A stretch of DNA of 64,000 bases from Trypanosoma brucei (Eukaryota), in the NCBI GenBank assembly GCA_000002445.1, contig CP000068.1:608001-672000 (forward strand). Reading direction: 5' to 3'. The position numbers were made by a program, and so were the translations under genes. The notes under the pieces are model-generated. The model saw only the letters and a list, made by a program, of their open reading frames with translations, did not search any database and was not told where the DNA came from. Numbering within the stretch: the first letter of the stretch is position 1; the number at the start of each line of letters is the position of its first letter. Below, one piece after another: positions 57,207-64,000 of the stretch.

Positions 57207-57755
57207 TCAGTGGCCGCGGTGTGATTCTTCAATTCGGCGGAGCTTCCCGTTGAAGAAACGGTGACGACCAGCCCGTCCCAAGCGCACTCCGCCGCACCGC
57301 TCCAGCAATTCCTTGTCCGACATCCGCAATATATCAACTTCCTTACCTTCGTCAGAGCTACTACTGCCACTGGTGCTGCTGCAATTACTGGCGCAGTCGT
57401 CAGTGGCGCTGCTACTGTCGTCGCTGGGACCACGCGTCCTCTTCTCTCCCTTTACTTCAACGCTGGCCTGACGTGTCTTTCCTCTTTCATCATCCACATC
57501 GCATTCCTGGTCCTTCTTACTCATCTTAGTCTTCGCTTTCCGTTCGCTGGACGCGAGGCTGGAATAGACGGCGTCGAGTTCCACTTCAAAGGATGAGGTC
57601 TGTCCCATTTCAGCGGCGTGGCCAAGTCCCGTTGCCACTCCGGGATCACGGCGGTTGACCTTAATGTACGTCTTCACACCTTGTCCGTTTTTCCCAAGCC
57701 CTGAGCCCTCCTTCCAGCCTTGCCGCTCGAGCATTCGTTTGGCAATCGATGACAT
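57207..57755 (-). CDS. G-patch domain protein
   Basis: 182 aa. The N-terminus AKRMLERQGWKEGSGLGKNGQGVKTYIKVNRRDPGVATGLG is a G-patch with the conserved aromatic and spaced glycines. An acidic/Ser-rich tail follows. Confidence 0.65.
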   Translation of the reverse strand: MSSIAKRMLERQGWKEGSGLGKNGQGVKTYIKVNRRDPGVATGLGHAAEMGQTSSFEVELDAVYSSLASSERKAKTKMSKKDQECDVDDERGKTRQASVEVKGEKRTRGPSDDSSSATDDCASNCSSTSGSSSSDEGKEVDILRMSDKELLERCGGVRLGRAGRHRFFNGKLRRIEESHRGH

Positions 57756-60700
57756 TTCCCTTTTTGTAACCTTCTTCCTCCTTCACCGATCACCTCAAGT
57801 CTCCTCGAACGCCCAAAGCAATAAGTTCGCTCCCTACTGAAGCGGTGCCGCCGCACTCTCTTTCGGACCTTTGTTCAACCTACAAATTCTTCTTGACCCC
57901 GCAACAGTAGTACGAAAGAAGAAGGCAAATTTACTTGGTGGTCACAGTTTTCACGGTAGTCGTACTTCCCGCGAGTTTCGCATCTGTATGAAAAAGAGGT
58001 GATCAAACATATATATATATATATATATATTCAAAAAAAAAGTCTCTCCTTCGCACATTTCACGTGTAACACTTTCCTGACGTTTGGATTAGGGTTCTCT
58101 TTCATTGTTTCTTTTTTTTTTTTGCTTCTTTTGCGCATCTGCGTGGGTGCGGGCGGGTGCCAACAGTCCTTTCCTTTCATTTCACGTCCGTCCGCTCTTG
58201 TTCCTACCGTTTTTATAGTTTACTTCTTATTTCACGTGTCTGTTTCCTGCAAGTTATCCCCATGCACGCCACAAACACATACACTCTGTGGCATAGTCAA
58301 AAACCAACAAACAAAATAATAAAATGAAAATTATGATAGATGGGAAGTAGGATTAGATATATGTAACATACAGAGGCACAAACAGAAAAGATCAAATATA
58401 TATGTGTATGACCACATTTGGCAACCCCAGTCCCCGCTTCCACACAATCTTTCCCGAACATATATATATATATATGTTCTCTTTGTCAGCCCTCCTTCCC
58501 AACACCGCACACTCCTTGCTCCCTCTACTCGCTTCACCTCTTTTTCTTTATTTTCACTTTCATTTCGCTACTACCACACGTTTGTTAGTGTTCCACATAC
58601 GTAGGTAAAGACGTTCTAGTGATAGTCCACCCCTGCCTTCGTAATTTCACAACACACCCTCGACGATGATGGCAAGGAACGGTAACGGAAGAAAACAAAA
58701 GGGGGGAAGGAAAAGGGTGAAAGAAAGAAAATTAGTCCGGGAGAAGCGGTGCCACGTTGGCACTAATTACATATGCCACATCAGCAAAAACTTGGCGAAA
58801 ACAGCGACGGTGGTGGTAGTAGTATTAGTAGGGTCTTACCGAACAAAACGAATGGATGGAGATATATATGGATATACATATCGGTAAATAGATACACAAA
58901 AAAGGACACAGGTTAAAAAAAAAAGCAACTTGACGGGAAGCAGCTAGAAAGGAAGGGAAAGTAAAAAGCAATCGGAAAAAAAAAACGACAACAGCAATAA
59001 CAATAATAGCACCAGGGCCCACTACCCTCACAATATTCAAACTCACCTTTAGGCGCCCTTACGCCTCGCATCATTGTTTTCCTACTTCCCCTTAAGGTAT
59101 TTTCTCTCCATCACCGCAGAATTACGTGGGGTTCCCTTTCGAGTTGCATTCATTTGCCCACCCACGTTTTGGCCACATCTCCCACTCCTCTTATTTCCTT
59201 TTTTCCCCTGGCGTTGCTCTCTCACTTTTCATTTCTTTTTGTCCAGTAAAACGAGTGCACATAACAAAAATGAGCGACAAGTAAAGGAGAGGATGGGATA
59301 TGGGATAAAATATACAGAGGGACGTGGTATGTGGGTGCATGCAAATGCTCCATATCCGCGCATGCGGTGTGGACAAGTAGGAAGGCAACTAAGCATGCAG
59401 AAGAGTACAAGGAAATATATACATACCTTCCCCTTTACTGCACTGCACTATCGCTTCACGCCTTACATGCACACACCCAGAAAGCTTAGACCTCTAGCGG
59501 AGATGAAGAAGGGAAGTGAACTTAACGGGTAAAACAGGACAAAACAATACAAAAAAAAACAGGAACATCTTCTAGTCCATGCATTTAATGTGCAATCAAA
59601 AAAAACATCCACGAACGCCTTTGCGTCTCTCTCTCTCTCTCCTCCTTGCAACCACTTTGTACATCCTCTACACATTACTGCCCGCTTATAGGCCCTCATA
59701 AACACGTGGTGTGGAAGGCGTGTCTACACGGACGCACGCAGCTGTCGGAGAGTAGGAAGACCCGAAGAAAGAAAAAAAAGTACGTGAGAGAGTGAGGGAA
59801 AGCACCGTCAGTTGAAAGTGAGAAAGTAATAATGATAGTGGTTGTGGAACAAAAGGGAGAAACTGCACTAACCACATGGGTAAGAAGAATGAAAACAGTG
59901 CGTCGGCAAGCCAGGTGCAGTTGTTCAACACATCGCTTCCCGTGGAGCGGGGTACCCGTGGTGAGGGAAAGAAAAAAAAACGCAAACGGATGTTCAGAAA
60001 GTTAGGCACGGGCGATCTCAAAAAGAAATTTCGTTTCAACGAGAAATGAGTCGAACAAAACGAAAGGCCGAAAAAGATAGCAGAATAAAAGGGGTACAAA
60101 AAAGCAAGGGACTTTCATTCACATTCCGTTCTATTGATGTTATGGATGGAGACCCTCATCTGAAGGCAAAGTGGGAGTGGCGAGTGTCGTGCCAACCGCC
60201 GTCAATCGGATACCATAACATCCCGTATGCAAAGGGTAGCGGTTACCCGTTAATACTTACATACTCTTCCTTCACACATATTTGCTCGTTAGTCCCTTTT
60301 CATCACTTTCCTTCCTTTTGTTTTCAGGCACGTACTATAAACGACAACAGTACCAGCTACTTTTCCGTCACTTTCTAGTGCGCAATCTCATCCGCTTCCA
60401 TTATTTCCCCCCTCCCCCAAGTTCTACCCCAGTTTCCCTTAGCGACGCCTGCTCACCGTCTACCTCTTCTCTTCCAATCATGTATCGCTCGCCTCCTTTT
60501 GCTCCCAGTTTTTCCTTTTCAACTCGCCCCCACCTTTCCTTCCTAACTTATACCAACAACAATACGCATAACCACCGCTACACACTACTTGCTAATGATG
60601 CTGCTACCACTGCTCTTTGCTGTCGGCCGCACGTAGAAAAGCTTAAGGCGCCAAAGCGCTGCAGCCCAAGGGCACTCGCCCAGATCTCATTCGACCGGCC

Positions 60701-60857
60701 TTCCCCGTTTTGTGTACATGCATTCTCTACAAATCGGCGTTCTCCATTACATCAAGCCCTTGTTTTGACGTTGTTGTCTTCTCTTCCCCACATGCAAATA
60801 CTCCCGCCACCCGAAAAAAACTCACACACACAAACAGGTTCTGCGACCCATGCCCCC

Positions 60858-61913
60858 CTACTTCATCATGGTATTTGTTCCAGCGGTAGTGCGGGATATC
60901 AAGCTGCTCACCTCGCCAGTGTCACCGGCGGAGCACTCCGAAAAAGCAGAGCTGGCGGAGCGCAGCACCTTTTTAGTACTTGTTGTCACTTGGCGCCGAT
61001 CTATGGGATCACGTGCGGAGTTGCGCGGGTGCTGCGGCTGTGGCCGCAGCACCCCTGTACCGGAAAGTCGCTTGTTCAGAGAAGTAGCAGTAAGAACCGC
61101 ACTATTCACTGCTTGTGATGTACTGGACCCCTCCATAACAGAGGTTGTGGGGCGTCCATTGTTGGCACCGCTGCCGTTGCCATTGCTGTTTACCCCAGCG
61201 CTTGCAACCGTGGGCGGTGTGCTGCGCCATAAGTGCGGCTGCTGCACCTGTCCCTGCCCCTGCGCTTGCGTTTGCATCCCGTTCCCCGTGGAAAATGCCG
61301 TTGCGCGCGGACTAATGTTCACAGCGCCGCCGCAACCTCTACCTGCATATGGGTGGTGCGGTCTCGGGATGTCAGTGCCCGGCGCTGGCCCCTCACGACC
61401 GTTCCTCAAGGAGAGCACTACTTCTTTATCGATTGTCAAGCGGCCGTCTCCCCCACTTGGCATGCCACCGTGAGGCTGCATGTTGGTGCGGTGTAACTCC
61501 TCAACGAACTGCAGTATCAGCTGCCGCTCGTACTCCTCACTGAGTTTCTCCGGTTGCTGCTCCACGTGATCGGATATATAGCGAAGAATAACTCGTGCCA
61601 CGTCCCTTGTCATACAGCGTGCCGTCTGCGGGTTACTCATCGTGGCCGAAAGGCAGCTGGAGGCGGTAGCCACAGACGAGAAGATCTCAGCGGAAGGTAC
61701 TACAGTTGGAGAAGGGGGTAACGCCTGGGCACCAGGAAAAGCAACGCCGAAGGGATTAGGAACGTTTGCGCAGTCCTTAAGCAACTGCAGGTCGAACATA
61801 TCGAGTCCATCTGAGACCCTCTCTTCCGTTGCTACCACTGGTGCTGGGCTCTGCCGCGATAAAGGTGTCTGCCGCGTACTGCCGTGTTGAGGTGGGGGTG
61901 CCTGATTCTCCAT
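60858..61913 (-). CDS. hypothetical protein (351 aa), Ser/Thr/Gly/Gln-rich C-terminal half
   Basis: Longest ORF in this interval, on the cluster strand. The N-terminal 140 aa are of normal complexity (CMTRDVARVILRYISDHVEQQPEKLSEEYERQLILQFVEELH). The '+' strand ORFs that overlap it are pyrimidine-tract artefacts. Confidence 0.45.
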   Translation of the reverse strand: MENQAPPPQHGSTRQTPLSRQSPAPVVATEERVSDGLDMFDLQLLKDCANVPNPFGVAFPGAQALPPSPTVVPSAEIFSSVATASSCLSATMSNPQTARCMTRDVARVILRYISDHVEQQPEKLSEEYERQLILQFVEELHRTNMQPHGGMPSGGDGRLTIDKEVVLSLRNGREGPAPGTDIPRPHHPYAGRGCGGAVNISPRATAFSTGNGMQTQAQGQGQVQQPHLWRSTPPTVASAGVNSNGNGSGANNGRPTTSVMEGSSTSQAVNSAVLTATSLNKRLSGTGVLRPQPQHPRNSARDPIDRRQVTTSTKKVLRSASSAFSECSAGDTGEVSSLISRTTAGTNTMMK

Positions 61914-63844
61914 CGTTTACCCACGCTAAATCGACCAGCAAGAACAAAAAATCTGTTTCCTCACGGCCTCGTCCACCCCGAAAACAGAAAATTAAAAATA
62001 AAACACAAGCACACAAAGCGACAAAAACCCGGCTTTACTCCTCAACAACCTTTGAAAACAAGCCAAAGAGCGTCCTAGTACCAAAAAAAGATAATGATCA
62101 CAAATTCACAAGAAAATATGCAAACTCTCTGCTCTCACCTTTTTATCCTCAATATTTCTTTTTGTTACCCCCTTCCGGTTCGGACAGAGTTGTCACCACA
62201 CGCGAGAGCTTGACAAAGTCCTCTTCTCTTCGCTACCCCACCAACTAGGGATAATGAAGCGGCACAAGCGATCGCGCAAGTGGAGGATCGCTCTGTACAA
62301 GAGCCAGAATGATGCAACAAAAAAAGAGGAAAAGTTCCTGTGGTCCTACAGGAGAAAGCGAAACAGCCGATCAAACAACCTACGGATAACGAAAGAATTC
62401 AGTGTACCGATTCTCAGGGCGCGAGCCGTCCTGGTACTGTCGCTTTCTACCACTATACCCCAATATCCTTCCTCTATTTCTCTCTCTGCAGAAACCAAAA
62501 GACACGTACAGATCCAAAGAAAAAAAAGGCGCGAACAAACCGACCTTCTTAATCCAATGTTAGCTTGCGTCACAGGTTTTTTTGTGATCCTTCCCTCCTC
62601 GTACCTTTTGCTTCCTTCCCTTCCCCTATTTGCACCTTCCCGACCTTTGCTTTGCTGCCAAGCACTCCTTCTTTCCTGATCTTCAACAAAAGGCGCTCGC
62701 ACCCACTGCAAAAGGAAATGGAGATATAAATGGACAAGCGAAAATACACCACGCGCCCCTCGTGCTTGTACTTTACTATGGTTGTACGGCCGTGACGGTC
62801 CGCCAGTCAGGAAGACCACCAATAGGACGGTAGAGGGGACAAGGAAAAAGTAGAAAGATATTTTATTCCCTTTGGGCAGCCGGGAAGGAGGAGGATTGCG
62901 AATGAGAGGGCGAGGAGAGATAATAAAAAAAGTGTATATGGAGGTTGCGAAGCTGCCTCAACAAAGTCAAAAGAATACTAGCACAGAAAAATGCCAATGT
63001 GGGTCCTCCTCTTCACTTCCCTCCTCTTTTCTATTTTTTCTTCTTCCCTGGTTTATCGACCTTTGTTGACTCGCCCCCGTTCCTCTTCTTTTATTCCTCC
63101 CTGTCGCCAGTCCGCTTCTTAAGTTAAACAAAAAAAATAGAACTGAACTTCTGGTACGAAAAAAAAAAAGGCTGAGGAAAGGAAAAACCAAACCAAACTA
63201 AACAGGGGGGTCTTTCGTTCTGTGTTGCCTTGTTCGGTTCTCGACACAAAAAGAAAGAGGACAAGCGATGCTTCAGTTGTTTTTTTTTTTCGTTTTTAGT
63301 TATTAATCTTTTCTCTAATCCTTTCCTTTCCTTCACTTCCTTCCCTACCAGTGCACCCCTGCTACACACAGAATGCTCTATAAGCTGGGGTTTAACTGGC
63401 AGACTAAAAAGGGCGCCAGAAAGCACAAAATAAGCTTGAGAGAAAGCAAAGAAAAGAGAAGAGAAAACCAACATAGAATGGTGCAGAGGTGAAAAGCAAG
63501 CTGAGATGTGGCCAGAAGGAAATCAACGTATATATATATGTATGAGGTACAGCTGTGGGATGAGATTTCTCGCTTTCTTCCCAATATATGCGACAATGAA
63601 AAGGGGACACATAAGGGGACCAAATACAAACCAGTCCAACACCTTCCAATATGGGCACAAACTACTGGTCTTTGCAGAACCTCGGGAGGGGGGGAAACAC
63701 ATGACGTTGTCACGGGAACTCGTGCGCTTCACTAGGAAGAATAAATAGCGCTAGCGCCAAAGAACCGGCCTTATCAAGGCAACTTGTTGCACCCCAACCT
63801 CTTTCTCAAATCCGCCCTCACCTCCCCCCCCTTACTTTTCATCA

Positions 63845-64000
63845 CACATCCCCTACGGCATCCTCCACCCACGGCAAATCGTTCCCAGCGTCAACACCAT
63901 CTTCAGTGCGAGCGCCGTTCCAATCAGCCGGCCTCGTTGCTACCGATGAGCAGTTGGCATCCGGCGCTCCCGCCTTATCGTCCAGTTTCGCATGCCCACT
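63845..64000 (-). CDS. possible 3' end of a further '-' strand gene; the body lies beyond the window
   Basis: The '-' strand frame anchored at 64000 reads 52 sense codons (SGHAKLDDKAGAPDANCSSVATRPADWNGARTEDGVDAGNDLPWVEDAVGDV) to a TGA whose complement is at 63842-63844. The stretch is GC-rich relative to the flanking spacer. It is too short to judge. Confidence 0.2.

Noticed and set aside
42651-57755. A 'splicing gene cluster' (CDC5/Cef1 and a G-patch protein in the same unit).
   Set aside because: Polycistronic units in trypanosomatids group functionally unrelated genes. Two splicing-related genes 12 kb apart among eight others is not evidence of an operon-like system.
60282-61473. '+' strand ORFs of 278 aa and 207 aa, antisense to the 60858-61913 gene.
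   Set aside because: They start in a pyrimidine tract and are opposite to the orientation of every other gene in this cluster. The '-' ORF is longer and has a normal-complexity N-terminus.
1-64000. Spliced-leader RNA, 5S or large rRNA genes, and CRISPR arrays.
   Set aside because: No sequence resembling the conserved 39-nt trypanosomatid mini-exon, and no rRNA-like blocks. CRISPR is not expected in a eukaryotic nuclear genome, and no short direct-repeat plus spacer array is present.

Overview
The window reads as nuclear DNA from a trypanosomatid, probably a Trypanosoma species. I cannot fix the species without a search. Two lines of evidence point there. Genes are intronless and sit in long same-strand (polycistronic) clusters with pyrimidine-rich upstream tracts. 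The proteins are kinetoplastid-typical: a kinesin-2, a GMP reductase/IMPDH-family enzyme ending in the peroxisomal/glycosomal targeting tripeptide AKL, a CDC5/Cef1 Myb splicing factor, a G-patch protein and an MLH3-like MutL endonuclease.

Layout:
- A '+' strand cluster at 1-14161 holds 4 genes. Its spacers are 2.7-4.2 kb long, very AT-rich and low in complexity.
- About 8 kb of gene-free low-complexity sequence follows (14.2-21 kb).
- A GC-rich island (~21-29.5 kb) carries a nearly perfect tandem array of a ~2.5 kb unit, 2.97 copies, spanning ~22040-29467.
- About 4 kb of ORF-poor sequence follows.
- A compact '-' strand cluster of 11 genes runs from 33.5 kb to 61.9 kb, with a possible 12th gene end at the window edge.

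The window is therefore a convergent strand-switch region, that is, a junction where two polycistronic units terminate head-to-head. The most unusual object is the high-identity GC-rich 2.5 kb tandem repeat at the convergence point. It has no sustained coding potential and no recognisable tRNA, SL RNA or rRNA signature. I can only propose candidate roles (termination, centromere, origin or ncRNA), not assign a function. Many of the small ORFs in the track fall in homopolymer or microsatellite DNA, or in the GC-rich repeat, and I judge them spurious.
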